Below, piece after piece: positions 1 through 9,765 of a stretch of 64,000 nt of DNA; the stretch's first letter is position 1, and each line of letters opens with the position of its first letter. The notes beneath the pieces were generated by a model. The model worked only from the letters and a program-made list of their open reading frames with translations. It was not told where the DNA came from and searched no databases. This DNA is from an uncultured Chloroflexia bacterium (lineage in GTDB: Bacteria > Chloroflexota > Limnocylindria > Limnocylindrales > CSP1-4). The stretch spans positions 563,184 through 627,183 of the forward strand of contig CAVQPG010000004.1 of assembly GCA_963714675.1 (NCBI GenBank), read 5' to 3'. The translations under genes and the position numbers were made by a program.

Positions 1-2
1 TC

Positions 3-1772
3 GTGATCGTGGCCCGCGAGAGCGGCCGTCCCTCGGGTGCTGCGGCCGCGCTCGGGCTGGCCTGCTGGGGCCTGCTCCTGGCACAGCCGTCGATGATCAC
101 CGACATCGGTCTGCAACTCTCGCTGGTCGCGACGGCCGGCTTGCTGGCCCTCGGTGCCCCGGCCGAGACGGCCGTCAGACGGGTCACCCGCGACCGGGGG
201 CCACGCTGGCTCAAGGAGGTGCTGGGGGTGTCGCTGGCGGCCCAGCTCGCGACGCTGCCGCTGATCCTGCTCCATTTCGGGCGGCTGTCGCTCATCTCAC
301 CACTGGCCAACCTGCTGGTCGCGCCGGTGGTGCCGCTGGCCATGCTCGGAGCGGCGGTGGGCACGCTGGTCGGTCCGCTGATGGCGGGGCCGGACATGGC
401 ACTCGGGCTGGCGCCGCTGCTGGTGGCGGCCTGGCTTCCGTTGGCGTTGATGACGCGTGGCGCCGGACTGCTGGCGCAGGTGCCGCTGGCCAACGTGGAG
501 TTGCTCCCGCCCTTCGACCTCATCGGGGCTGCCATCGCGCTGGGTGCCCTGGCCCTCGCCCTGCGCCGGTCACGCAGCATGCCCGGCCCCGCGCTGCGGC
601 CGTGGCAACCGCCGCCGGCTGCGGGCGCACCCCGTCGTCGGCGTGCTCCTGCCGTGCTCATCGGCCTGGTGCTCGTAGGGGTCACCTCCGCGACGCTGGT
701 GGGGCGGACGGTGCCAGCCTTGCGGGTGGACATCCTCGACATCGGCCAGGGTGACGCCATCCTGCTCGAAGCGGACGACGGCACCCGTCTGCTGGTGGAC
801 GGCGGCCCGGACCCGGACCTGCTGGTCCGGCGACTCGACGAGCGCATCCCGGCCTGGGACCGGCACATCGACCTGGCCCTGCTGACCCATCCCCACGAGG
901 ACCACGCTGGTGGGCTGGCCGGTCTGGTGCCGCGCTACCGGGTCGGGCGCATCATCGAGACGGACATGAACTCGGAGGGATCGGGAGTCCTGGAGCTGCG
1001 GGCCGCTGCGGAGCGGTACGGTATCCGGCGGCTGCGCCTCAGCCAAGGTGACTCGTTCACGCTCGGGGGCGCCCGGGTCGACGTGCTCTGGCCGCCCGAG
1101 GATGCGATCCCCGACCGGGTCATCACCGACGGTCGAGCGGTCAACGGCACCTCGATCGTGCTGGCGGTCAGCCTCGGGCGCCAGCGCATCCTGCTTACGG
1201 GTGACCTCGAGGACGATCACGACGCTGATGTGCTCGGCGTCATCCCTCATGACGACCGGCGCTGGGACCTGCTCAAGGTCGCCCATCACGGCAGCGCCAC
1301 CGCCTCGAGCAGGCCGCTCCTCGACGTCCTGCGGCCACGTCTCGCGGCGGTCAGCTCCGGCCACGGCAATCGCTACGGCCATCCCGCTCCGGCCACCCTT
1401 GGACGGCTCTCCGAGGTCGAGGCCAGGATCTGGCGCACCGATCGCGAGGGCACGCTGTCGGTCGCGTTCGATGGCCGACCGCGGTCGACGACGGCGCTGC
1501 TGGAGGGGCTGCCACGGTCGACCTGCCCATCACGACGCGAGCGACCCATGCCTGACGCGACCGCTCCGGCCGAGCCCTGTTACATTCGACCCGATGGCGG
1601 TACCCACCCGAACCGAAGCGCTTTCCCTGCTCGTCTCGACCTCGCCCTCGCCCCGCTTGTTACAGCACGTGACCGTCGTGGCGGAATTGGCCTCGTTCCT
1701 GGCCTACCGCGCCTCGCGAGCTGGCCTCACGGTCGACCGACGGCTGGTGGAAACGGCCGCGCTCCTCCATGA
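3..1772 (+). CDS. comEC: ComEC/Rec2 competence protein, C-terminal part with metallo-beta-lactamase-fold domain; 5' end cut by window
   Basis: Motifs HPHEDHAGG, VAHHGS and GHPAP are typical of the ComEC MBL domain. The ORF is open to 1772 but its last ~180 nt overlap the next gene. A frame-2 stop near 1555 suggests the true end is earlier and frameshifted. Confidence 0.75.
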   Translation: MIVARESGRPSGAAAALGLACWGLLLAQPSMITDIGLQLSLVATAGLLALGAPAETAVRRVTRDRGPRWLKEVLGVSLAAQLATLPLILLHFGRLSLISPLANLLVAPVVPLAMLGAAVGTLVGPLMAGPDMALGLAPLLVAAWLPLALMTRGAGLLAQVPLANVELLPPFDLIGAAIALGALALALRRSRSMPGPALRPWQPPPAAGAPRRRRAPAVLIGLVLVGVTSATLVGRTVPALRVDILDIGQGDAILLEADDGTRLLVDGGPDPDLLVRRLDERIPAWDRHIDLALLTHPHEDHAGGLAGLVPRYRVGRIIETDMNSEGSGVLELRAAAERYGIRRLRLSQGDSFTLGGARVDVLWPPEDAIPDRVITDGRAVNGTSIVLAVSLGRQRILLTGDLEDDHDADVLGVIPHDDRRWDLLKVAHHGSATASSRPLLDVLRPRLAAVSSGHGNRYGHPAPATLGRLSEVEARIWRTDREGTLSVAFDGRPRSTTALLEGLPRSTCPSRRERPMPDATAPAEPCYIRPDGGTHPNRSAFPARLDLALAPLVTARDRRGGIGLVPGLPRLASWPHGRPTAGGNGRAPP

Positions 1773-2262
1773 CGTGGACAAGGCGCTGCCCCCGGACCAT
1801 CCGCTCAAGGCGCTCGGGCACGGCGCCGCCGGCGCAGCTTGGCTGACCGAAGCCGGACACGCGGAGCTGGCACGCACGCTCATCGCGCACCCGGTCACCC
1901 GCTTCACCGACCCCGAAGCGGAGGCTTGGGTCACCGACGCACCCATCGAGGAGCGCATCGTGACCTACGCCGACAAGCGCGCCACGCAGCGCGTCGTCAC
2001 GCTCGAACAGCGTTTCGATCGCTGGCGCAAGGATCACCCCGAGTACCGGGCCAAGCTCGACCGCGCCTACGCCATCGCGCAACGCCTCGAGGAGTCGCTC
2101 TGCACCGCCATCGGCATCGAGGCCGCCGACGTCGAACGGCTGCGCTGGGTCGACGACGCCATGTCGCGAGCCTTTGCGGCGGGCCTGCCCGACGGGCAAC
2201 CAGCCGCATCGGTCGATGGGTTGCCGGTCTACGGGGCACCGGCCGATCCCTCGGCGGCATGA
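1594..2262 (+). CDS. yqeK: HD-domain hydrolase of the YqeK family (usually encoded next to nadD)
   Basis: Start ATG is residue 183 of ORF 1048-2262. Motif HVTVVAELASFLAYRA...LLHDVDK and the HD-fold spacing support the call. Its stop overlaps the holA start (ATGA). Confidence 0.7.
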   Translation: MAVPTRTEALSLLVSTSPSPRLLQHVTVVAELASFLAYRASRAGLTVDRRLVETAALLHDVDKALPPDHPLKALGHGAAGAAWLTEAGHAELARTLIAHPVTRFTDPEAEAWVTDAPIEERIVTYADKRATQRVVTLEQRFDRWRKDHPEYRAKLDRAYAIAQRLEESLCTAIGIEAADVERLRWVDDAMSRAFAAGLPDGQPAASVDGLPVYGAPADPSAA

Positions 2263-3359
2263 GCGAGGCGCCGCCGCTGGCTTACTTCTGGGGTGAGGAC
2301 GCGTTCATGATCGAGCGAGCCGCTCGCGCCTTCACCGAGCGGCTGTCCTCGCCCGACGATCCGATGGAGGTCTTCCGTGCCAGCCTCGACGATGACGCCG
2401 GTGAGGAGGGCGGCTCTGCCTCGGTAGCGAGGCGCCGGGCCCGGGCACTCGATGGCATCGAGCAGCACCTGGGCATGGCTCCGCTCTTCGGCTCGGGCAC
2501 CCTGGTCGTGGTGCGCCAGCCGGCCGGCCTCCTCGCGGAGAAAGCGGCCCGCGCGCGACTCATCGAGCTGGTGGCCACCGTCCCACCAGGCAACGCCCTG
2601 TGCATCACCGACCTCACCGCTTCGGGAGCCAAGGGTCCGGCTGCCCGCGGTGCCCTGCGCGATGCGATCGAAGCCGCCGGCGGCGAGGTCAGGGAGTTCA
2701 GGACGCCGGGCGCCGGACAGCTCGAACCGTGGCTGGTCAAACGCGCCAAGGAGCTCCAGATCGAGCTGCAGCCGCAGGCCGCCCACCTCCTGGCCGATCG
2801 CGTCGGCGGCCACATCCGCGAGTCCGACGTCGACCGTCGGCGACGTACCGAGCTGGCCAACGGGGAGTTGGAGAAGCTGGCGCTCTACAAGCCCGGCGGA
2901 ACCATCGCTGCCGAGGACGTCGAGGCCCTCGTGACCGAGACCATCCCCGGGTCTGCCTGGGCCTTCCTCGATGCGGTCGGTGCCCGGGCCGGCGCCAAGG
3001 CGAGCGCCCTCGCGGAGCGCCTGCTCGCCGACGGTGCACCCCTTCCGGTGCTCATCTCCCAACTCCATCGCCGGCTGCGGGAACTCATCCTCGTGCGCGA
3101 GCACCTCGATGTGGGCTCCACGCCGCCGCAGATCGTCAAGGACCTCAAGCTGCAGCCCTTCCGCGCCAAGAAGCTTGCGGAGCAGGCGCACGCCTGGTCG
3201 CTGCCGGCGCTGGAGGCTGCGACCACTGAGCTGCTCGCGCTCGACCTCCGCTCCAAGGGCATCGCCCTCGATGGCTCGACGCTGCAAGTGTCCGAAGCGA
3301 TCGACGCGCTCACGGTCCAGACCTGGATCGCCCGCCACGCATCGGTGGCTTCCCGCTGA
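2259..3359 (+). CDS. holA: DNA polymerase III delta subunit
   Basis: Internal ATG of ORF 1839-3359 begins MSEAPPLAYFWGEDAFMIERAARAF, a typical HolA N-terminus. The comEC-holA gene order is conserved. Confidence 0.75.
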   Translation: MSEAPPLAYFWGEDAFMIERAARAFTERLSSPDDPMEVFRASLDDDAGEEGGSASVARRRARALDGIEQHLGMAPLFGSGTLVVVRQPAGLLAEKAARARLIELVATVPPGNALCITDLTASGAKGPAARGALRDAIEAAGGEVREFRTPGAGQLEPWLVKRAKELQIELQPQAAHLLADRVGGHIRESDVDRRRRTELANGELEKLALYKPGGTIAAEDVEALVTETIPGSAWAFLDAVGARAGAKASALAERLLADGAPLPVLISQLHRRLRELILVREHLDVGSTPPQIVKDLKLQPFRAKKLAEQAHAWSLPALEAATTELLALDLRSKGIALDGSTLQVSEAIDALTVQTWIARHASVASR

Positions 3360-3361
3360 CG

Positions 3362-4336
3362 GTGCGACCGGCTCGAGTCGAGCCACGATCCCATCGGGTC
3401 GCCGTCTGGCTGGCGCTCTTCGTCACGGTGCTGTGGTCCTCGTCGTGGGTGCTCATCCGTTGGGGCCTCGACGACGAGGGCCTGACGCCGGCGATGTTCG
3501 CGGCCCTGCGCTATGGCCTCGCCGCCATCGTGCTCGTCGGTTTCGTCATCGTCCGCGAACGGCACGGCCGCCACCACTACGAGGTCGGCCGCAGCGAGGT
3601 CCTCAAGCTCGTGGCCCTGGGCGTGGTCATGTACACGCTCACCCAGGGTGCCCTGTTCGTGGCCCTCGACGAACAGCCCGCCGCGACCACCAGCCTGGTG
3701 CTCTCGCTGACCCCGCTGCTCGTCGCCGGGACCGCCGCCATCACCCTCGCCGAGGTGCCATCGCGCGTCCAGCTCGGGGGCGTGGCGCTGGTCGCAGTGG
3801 GCGCCTTCCTCTACTTCTCAGGCGATCTCGGCGCCACGGCCGCCGGCATGGTGGCCGCCGTCACCGCCCTGCTGGCGAACGTGGGGGCGTCGGTCCTCGG
3901 CCGCAGCGTCAACCGCGAGGGGCGGCTACCGGCGCTCCATGTCACCGCCGTGACCATGGCCATCGGCGCGGGCGTGCTGGCCTTCCTCGCGTTCGGCCTG
4001 GAGGGCATCCCGGCCATCTCGGCGCGAGGCTGGCTCATCATCGCCTGGCTGGCCGTGGTCAACACCGCCTTCGCGTTCACGCTCTGGAACCTGTCGCTGC
4101 AGCGCCTCAGTGCCGTCGAATCGGCCGCCATCAACAACACCATGCTGGTGCAGATCGCGATCCTCGCCTGGATCTTCCTCGACGAGGCCCCGGGCGCGCT
4201 CGGGCTGCTCGGGATCGCGCTCGTGACGAGCGGCGTCTACCTCGTGCAGGCCACCCGCTGGGCGGGCATCGCAGCCGCGGGACCGGACCGGCCGCAGGCA
4301 GCAGAAGAGCCGGGTCGGGGACCCGGCTCAGTGTGA
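3362..4336 (+). CDS. EamA/DMT-superfamily membrane transporter
   Basis: GTG start. Ten predicted TM helices and duplicated EamA-like halves. Confidence 0.7.
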   Translation: MRPARVEPRSHRVAVWLALFVTVLWSSSWVLIRWGLDDEGLTPAMFAALRYGLAAIVLVGFVIVRERHGRHHYEVGRSEVLKLVALGVVMYTLTQGALFVALDEQPAATTSLVLSLTPLLVAGTAAITLAEVPSRVQLGGVALVAVGAFLYFSGDLGATAAGMVAAVTALLANVGASVLGRSVNREGRLPALHVTAVTMAIGAGVLAFLAFGLEGIPAISARGWLIIAWLAVVNTAFAFTLWNLSLQRLSAVESAAINNTMLVQIAILAWIFLDEAPGALGLLGIALVTSGVYLVQATRWAGIAAAGPDRPQAAEEPGRGPGSV

Positions 4337-4354
4337 TAGCTCGAAGGGTTCCGC

Positions 4355-4609
4355 TCAGACGGGGAACTGGGTCGCGCGCTCCTGGGTGACACCGTCGGAC
4401 TCGATGGCGAAGACACAGCGGCCATCGGGGATGTCGAGGACCTCGAGCAGGTCGGGGTCGAGGTACAGCTGATGGCAGTCGGAGCAGAGGGCGGCCGGGA
4501 TGGCGAAGCACAGGCGCTCGTCGCCGTCGGGCATGCGGAACGTGGTGTCAAAGCGCGAGTTGACCAGCTGGCGCTCGCACTGCGGGCAGTTGTCCCGGAG
4601 CCACGTCAT
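4355..4609 (-). CDS. Small zinc-ribbon protein (CPQC...CSDC), function unknown
   Basis: 84 aa, strongly G/C-biased third codon positions, two Cys pairs. Convergent with the EamA gene. Confidence 0.45.
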   Translation of the reverse strand: MTWLRDNCPQCERQLVNSRFDTTFRMPDGDERLCFAIPAALCSDCHQLYLDPDLLEVLDIPDGRCVFAIESDGVTQERATQFPV

Positions 4610-4782
4610 CGTCCATCAAACCTCGACTCGGCGATCGGTCCATCCGATCGACTACGTGTTCGATGCTACGGACGAGCCCACCCTATCCCCATGCCCCGGT
4701 GGTACCACGAGGGGTCCGATCGAGGGGGTAGATGAGTACGGTCCCGGGTGGTGCGCTCGCGCAACAACCCCGTACGGTCGCG

Positions 4783-5346
4783 TCAGACGACGTGGAGCAG
4801 CAGCGCCGCCTCCGACCACAGCTTCTCGAGCTGATAGAACTCGCGTTCAGGCTTGCTCATGACATGGACGATCACGCCACCGAAGTCGACAAGCAGCCAG
4901 TGCGAGCTGGCTTCTCCCTCACGGGAGAGCGGCGGGTCGCCATCTTCCTTGAGCCCACTGATGATGCCGTCGGCGATGGCATCGAGTTGCCGATCCGAGG
5001 CACCGGTGCAGATGACGAAGTAGTCGGTCATCGTGGTCTGGCCGCGCACGTCGAGCAGGATGATGTCACTGGCCTTCTTGTCGGAGGCCAGGTCCACGAT
5101 CTTGTGGGCCATGGCCAGCACCGACTCGTCGACGGCATCGACCACGGCCGGCCGGGAACGATCCTGATCCTGTGCCCGCCCGGCGGGCAGGCCCGGTTTG
5201 GCCGCCTCTCGTGGGTCGGGAGTGCTGGCCGCAGCCGCCACGGGCTCGGTCGGTCTCGTGGCCTGCTCGTCGTTCACCGTCGTCGTGTCCTCCTCTATCG
5301 GTCGGTCGTCTCCCATCATGCCTCCTCGGGTCCAGCGAGGGCCCAA
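4783..5346 (-). CDS. rsfS: Ribosomal silencing factor RsfS (Iojap family)
   Basis: C-terminal 120 aa match RsfS (ASDIILLDVRGQTTMTDYFVICTGASDRQ...). The N-terminal 65 aa are acidic and low-complexity. An internal GTG at 5145 would give a typical 121-aa RsfS. Confidence 0.7.
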   Translation of the reverse strand: MGPRWTRGGMMGDDRPIEEDTTTVNDEQATRPTEPVAAAASTPDPREAAKPGLPAGRAQDQDRSRPAVVDAVDESVLAMAHKIVDLASDKKASDIILLDVRGQTTMTDYFVICTGASDRQLDAIADGIISGLKEDGDPPLSREGEASSHWLLVDFGGVIVHVMSKPEREFYQLEKLWSEAALLLHVV

Positions 5347-6029
5347 CGTGCGGCAGCCTGCGCATGGAGTGCGGTCGTGGGGAAGTAGGGCAGCTCCACG
5401 TCGGCGGGGCCCACCAGCAACTCGATCTCGGTGCAGCCGGCGATGACGCCGCGGGCGCCACGTTCGACCAGGCGCTCGATGACCCCGAGGTAGGCCGACC
5501 GCGACGCGGCGGAGACCACGCCCTGCACCAGTTCGTCGTAGATGACCTCGTGCACGAGCGTACGATCGGGCTCATCGGGCACCATCACCCGCAGGCCCTG
5601 GCTCTCCAGCCGGCCGCGATAGAAGGCGGCTTCCATCGTGTAGCGCGTGCCCAGCAGCCCGACCTCGCCGAGCCCAGCCTCGACCACCGCGCTGGCCGTG
5701 GCATCAGCGATGTGCAGGAAGGGCACCTCGACTGCGGCCTCGATGGCCTCGGCGCAACGGTGCATGGTGTTGGTGCAGAGCACGATGAGCTCGGCCCCCG
5801 CGTCCTGCAGCCGGCGGGCGTCGGCGGCGAGCACGGCACCGGCGCCGTCCCAATCGCCCTCGGCCTGGCGCCGCTCGATCTCGGCGAAGTCGTAGGCGCG
5901 GATGAGCAGGCTTGCCGAGTGCGCGCCACCGAGCGCGCGTCGGACCTCGCGGTTGATGATGCGCTCGTACTCGATGCTGGACTCCCAGCTCATGCCGCCA
6001 AGCAGGCCGACGGTGCGCACGCGCCTCAC
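5316..6029 (-). CDS. Asp/Glu/hydantoin racemase family protein
   Basis: 237 aa. Two racemase-type half-domains (LLGGMSWESS...; VIAGCTEIELLV). Lies between nadD and rsfS. Confidence 0.7.
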   Translation of the reverse strand: MRRVRTVGLLGGMSWESSIEYERIINREVRRALGGAHSASLLIRAYDFAEIERRQAEGDWDGAGAVLAADARRLQDAGAELIVLCTNTMHRCAEAIEAAVEVPFLHIADATASAVVEAGLGEVGLLGTRYTMEAAFYRGRLESQGLRVMVPDEPDRTLVHEVIYDELVQGVVSAASRSAYLGVIERLVERGARGVIAGCTEIELLVGPADVELPYFPTTALHAQAAARWALAGPEEA

Positions 6030-6703
6030 GTCGCCGCGGTCCGATAGAGCCCTTGGGCCTCGATGTAGCGGACGACCACGCGGGGGACGCGGTCATCGAT
6101 CGGCTGGCCGGCCGCGACCCGCTCGCGGATGCGAGTCGAGGCGATGTCGAGCTCCGGGCCGGGCAGGAAGGCAAAGCGATCCTCGAAGCCGGGATGATGT
6201 TCAACGACCCAGCGGCGATCGAGCGGGTCGGCCCCGGGACGCGGCGCCACCGCCACGCGGCAGAGCTGCAGGATGCGCTCGGGCTCACGCCAGCCGGCGA
6301 AGTCATCGAGCACCTCGGCCGACATCACGAACCAGGGCTCCGGGCGCCCCTCGGCACGCGAGCGCACGGCCAGCTCGGCGACGGTATCGACCGTGTAGCT
6401 GGGCCCTGGTCGCTCGAGCTCGATGCGCGAGAGCTCGAAGGCCGGCTCAGCAGCGAGGGCCAACGCCACCATGGCCTCACGGTGGTGTGCAGGTGTCACC
6501 GCCTGGTGCTGCTTGTGCGGCGGGTCCGCGTTGGGCACGAAGAGGACACGCTCGAGGTCCAGCTCGGTGAGGGCTTCACGCGCCAGCGCCAGGTGGCCGT
6601 CGTGGACAGGATCGAAGGTGCCGCCGAGGATGCCCAGCGCCCGGGGCGCGGCGCCCCTCGGAGCCGGGTCGGTCACACCCAGGCTCCGGGCTCTGCATCC
6701 CAC
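6026..6703 (-). CDS. nadD: Nicotinate-nucleotide adenylyltransferase
   Basis: GILGGTFDPVHDGHL (the H/T-x-G-H nucleotidyltransferase motif). 225 aa. Confidence 0.85.
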   Translation of the reverse strand: MGCRARSLGVTDPAPRGAAPRALGILGGTFDPVHDGHLALAREALTELDLERVLFVPNADPPHKQHQAVTPAHHREAMVALALAAEPAFELSRIELERPGPSYTVDTVAELAVRSRAEGRPEPWFVMSAEVLDDFAGWREPERILQLCRVAVAPRPGADPLDRRWVVEHHPGFEDRFAFLPGPELDIASTRIRERVAAGQPIDDRVPRVVVRYIEAQGLYRTAAT

Positions 6704-7977
6704 TCCAGCTCGGTATCGCCGATGCGTACGGTGTCACCCGCCTCGACGCCGGCCTCGCGCAACCGCTCGACCAGGCCCATCCTGGCCAGCTCGCGCTGGA
6801 AGCGGGCGGCCGACTCCTCGTTCTCGAAGTCGGTCTGGGCCACGAGCCGCTCCAGCCGGCGACCCTCGACCGCCCACACGCCACCGGCTTCGCGCTCGAT
6901 GAGGTAGCCCTCCTCGGCAGGATCGTAGCGGTGGACCACGACGCCGGTGGCCTCGCCGGGACCGCCCAGTTCCTCGTCCGTCGGCAGCAGGCGCGCCAGG
7001 GCAGAGCGCAGCTCGACCAGGCCGGCCGCTTGCGCCGCTGAGACCAGGACCACGTCCAGACCCTCGTGCGCGCGGGCCTCGTTGAAGGCGCGCAGCATCT
7101 CGCGGTCGGGCTCGAGGTCCATCTTGTTGGCTACCACCAGCGTGGTCTTGTCGAGCAGCTTGGGATCGCGCGCCTCGAGCTCCTCGCGGATGATCTGGTA
7201 GTCCCGCTCGGGGTCGGCCTCGGACATATCCACCACGTGCACCAACACGCGCGTGCGCTCGACGTGTCTCAGGAAGGCATGGCCCAGGCCGGCACCGGCA
7301 CTGGCACCCTCGATGAGGCCGGGCAGGTCGGCCAGCGTGGGCCGCCGCTCGTCGAGCGGGTCGTCCGCGGCCAGGTCGAGCACGCCGAGGTTGGGTTCGA
7401 GCGTGGTGAAAGGGTAGTCGGCGATCTTGGGCGTGGCCGCGGTGAGGGCCGTGAGCAGGGTGGACTTGCCCGCGTTGGGCAGGCCCACGAGGCCCACGTC
7501 GGCGATGAGACGCAGCTCCAGACGCAGCCGGCGCTCCTCCCCTGGCTCACCCTTCTGGGCGTGCTTGGGGGCCTGGTGCGTGGAGGTCGCGAAGTGCGTG
7601 TTGCCCAGGCCGCCGCGTCCGCCGCGCGCGACCATCACCCGCTGTGCGGGATAGACCAGGTCCGCCATGAGGTCGCCGCTCGCCGCGTCGTAGATGGTGG
7701 TGCCGGGCGGGACCGCCAGCTCCAGGTCGGAGCCGGCCTTGCCGTGACGACGGGACCGCTGGCCGGGACCGCCGTGCTCGGCGCGGAAGTGATGCTTGTA
7801 GCGGAAGTCGACGAGCATCGTCTGACCCACGTCCACCACCAGGTAGACCGATCCGCCGCGGCCACCGTCGCCACCGTCGGGACCGCCCCGTGGCACATGG
7901 GCCTCGCGGCGGAACGTGGCGGCGCCATTGCCGCCGTTGCCGGCGATGACGGTCAGGTCGACTTGATCGAGGAACAT
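6673..7977 (-). CDS. obg: GTPase Obg/CgtA
   Basis: Gly-rich Obg fold N-terminus (MFLDQVDLTVIAGNGGNGAATFRREAH...GGDGGRGGSVY), G-domain motifs GLPNAGKST and DLPGLIEGA, TGS-like C-terminus. Confidence 0.9.
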   Translation of the reverse strand: MFLDQVDLTVIAGNGGNGAATFRREAHVPRGGPDGGDGGRGGSVYLVVDVGQTMLVDFRYKHHFRAEHGGPGQRSRRHGKAGSDLELAVPPGTTIYDAASGDLMADLVYPAQRVMVARGGRGGLGNTHFATSTHQAPKHAQKGEPGEERRLRLELRLIADVGLVGLPNAGKSTLLTALTAATPKIADYPFTTLEPNLGVLDLAADDPLDERRPTLADLPGLIEGASAGAGLGHAFLRHVERTRVLVHVVDMSEADPERDYQIIREELEARDPKLLDKTTLVVANKMDLEPDREMLRAFNEARAHEGLDVVLVSAAQAAGLVELRSALARLLPTDEELGGPGEATGVVVHRYDPAEEGYLIEREAGGVWAVEGRRLERLVAQTDFENEESAARFQRELARMGLVERLREAGVEAGDTVRIGDTELEWDAEPGAWV

Positions 7978-8022
7978 CGGTCCGGGCAGTATGACCGGCG
8001 GATCAGTCGCTGACCGCCTGCG

Positions 8023-9324
8023 TCACTTGCTCGCGTTGCGCTCCTCGGCGGCGGCGTTCTTCGTCAACTGGGCGAGGAACTCGGCGTTGGAGTCGGTCTT
8101 GCTGAGGCGGTTGAGCAGCAGCTCGATGCCTTCGTTGGTACCGACGGCGCTGAGCATGCGGCGCATGGTCCAGACCATCTTCAGCACGGGCTCCTCGAGC
8201 AGCAGCTCCTCGCGCCGGGTACCCGAGCGCTGGACGTCGATCGAGGGGTAGATGCGCTTCTCGGCCAGCTTCCGATCGAGGATGAGCTCGCTGTTGCCGG
8301 TGCCCTTGAACTCCTCGTAGATGACGTCATCCATGCGCGAGCCGGTGTCGACGAGGCAGGTCGCGATGATGGTCAGCGAGCCGCCTTCCTCGAGCTTGCG
8401 CGCGGCGCCGAAGAAGCGCTTGGGCGGGTACAGCGCGATCGGGTCGATGCCGCCGGTCAGGGTGCGGCCCGACGGCGGAAGGGCCAGGTTGTAGGCGCGC
8501 GAGAGGCGGGTGATGGAGTCGAGCAGGATGACCACGTCACGGCCGGACTCGACCTGACGCTTGGCGATCTCGAGCGCCATCTCTGCCACGTGCGTGTGGT
8601 TCTCGGTGGGCTCGTCGAAGGTGGAGGAGATGACCTCACCCTTGACCGAGCGCCGCATGTCGGTGACCTCCTCGGGGCGCTCGCCGATGAGCGCGACCAT
8701 GAGCAGGATCTCCGGGTAGTTGGTGGTGATGCCGTTGGCGATGTTCTTGAGCAGCATCGTCTTGCCGGCCTTTGGCGGGCTGACCACGAGGGCGCGCTGA
8801 CCCTTGCCGATGGGGTTGACCAGGTTGACGAGGCGCTGGCTCAGGTTCTCAGGGTCGGACTCGAGGTTGATGAGCTGGATCGGGTGGATCGGCGTGAGCT
8901 CATCGAAGTGCGGCCGGCGGCGGGCGTCGTTGGGGTCCATGCCGTTGACGGTCTCGACCCGGACCAGGCCCCAGTACTTCTCACCCTTCTTGGGCTGGCG
9001 CGGGATGCCGGCCACTCGGTCACCGGCACGCAGGCCGAAGCGGCGGACGTGACTGGAACTGACGTAGATGTCATCTGGGCTGGGCATGAGGCCACGACGG
9101 CGCATGAAGCCGTAGCCGTCATCGACGAGGTCGAGGATGCCGGCCGCGTAGCGCTGGCCCTTCTGCTCGGACTGACGCTGCATGATCTGCTCGACGAGCT
9201 CTTCACGCTGCATGGCATCGGCGTCCGCGACGTCGAGATCGCCGCCGATCTTCGCGAGCTCGTCGACGTCCTTCTTCTCGAGTTCCTTGATATCCATGTC
9301 CAGGGTCTTCGTTCCTTGCGGCAT
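8023..9324 (-). CDS. rho: Transcription termination factor Rho (short form, no large N-terminal insertion)
   Basis: RNA-binding domain, Walker A GKTMLL, Q and R loops, C-terminal LSKTDSNAEFL. 433 aa. Confidence 0.9.
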   Translation of the reverse strand: MPQGTKTLDMDIKELEKKDVDELAKIGGDLDVADADAMQREELVEQIMQRQSEQKGQRYAAGILDLVDDGYGFMRRRGLMPSPDDIYVSSSHVRRFGLRAGDRVAGIPRQPKKGEKYWGLVRVETVNGMDPNDARRRPHFDELTPIHPIQLINLESDPENLSQRLVNLVNPIGKGQRALVVSPPKAGKTMLLKNIANGITTNYPEILLMVALIGERPEEVTDMRRSVKGEVISSTFDEPTENHTHVAEMALEIAKRQVESGRDVVILLDSITRLSRAYNLALPPSGRTLTGGIDPIALYPPKRFFGAARKLEEGGSLTIIATCLVDTGSRMDDVIYEEFKGTGNSELILDRKLAEKRIYPSIDVQRSGTRREELLLEEPVLKMVWTMRRMLSAVGTNEGIELLLNRLSKTDSNAEFLAQLTKNAAAEERNASK

Positions 9325-9765
9325 CGGGGTGACCGCTCGACGTACAGCAGCGCGGCGCGCGGCTCGAAGCGAGCGTGAAGATGGGTGCCTTCCGTTCCCA
9401 GGGTCGCGCAGGGACCAGCCGTGAGCCGGTCAGGCATCGGACGGTGGGGTGGAAGCGAATCCGATAGTAGCACGCGCCCGGAGTTGGTCAACTTCCGGCC
9501 CCAACGCATCCTCACGGCGACGAACGCCGGCTCGCCCGCACATCGCGATGCAGCGTCCGTTGTGCGACCTCGCGAGCCCAGGACGCACGTCGCCGGCGGC
9601 GGCATGGCAGTGGCCAACGGGACCAGGAAGCAACGGGCCCGCGCCCCGCGGCACGGGCCTCGCTGATGGGAGCTGCGGCGGCGGATCGGGCGGTGGTGGT
9701 GGTAGAACGGGCGCCGCCGACGGTGTGTCGGGCGTCGCCGTTGACTACCGAGCTCTGGCGGGTGG

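Noticed and set aside
570-3386. Long antisense ORFs over comEC, yqeK and holA (570-1382, 1660-2199, 2229-3386 minus; also 2452-3229 and 2971-4389 plus)
   Set aside because: These are typical GC-rich shadow ORFs. Their proteins are low-complexity Arg/Pro/Ala-rich, have no motifs, and sit opposite well-supported genes.
5146-5346. Whether the acidic 67-aa N-terminal extension of rsfS is real
   Set aside because: Not fully rejected. RsfS is normally ~120 aa, and an internal GTG at 5145 gives that length. But the long ORF is translationally coupled to the racemase stop, so both calls are kept open.
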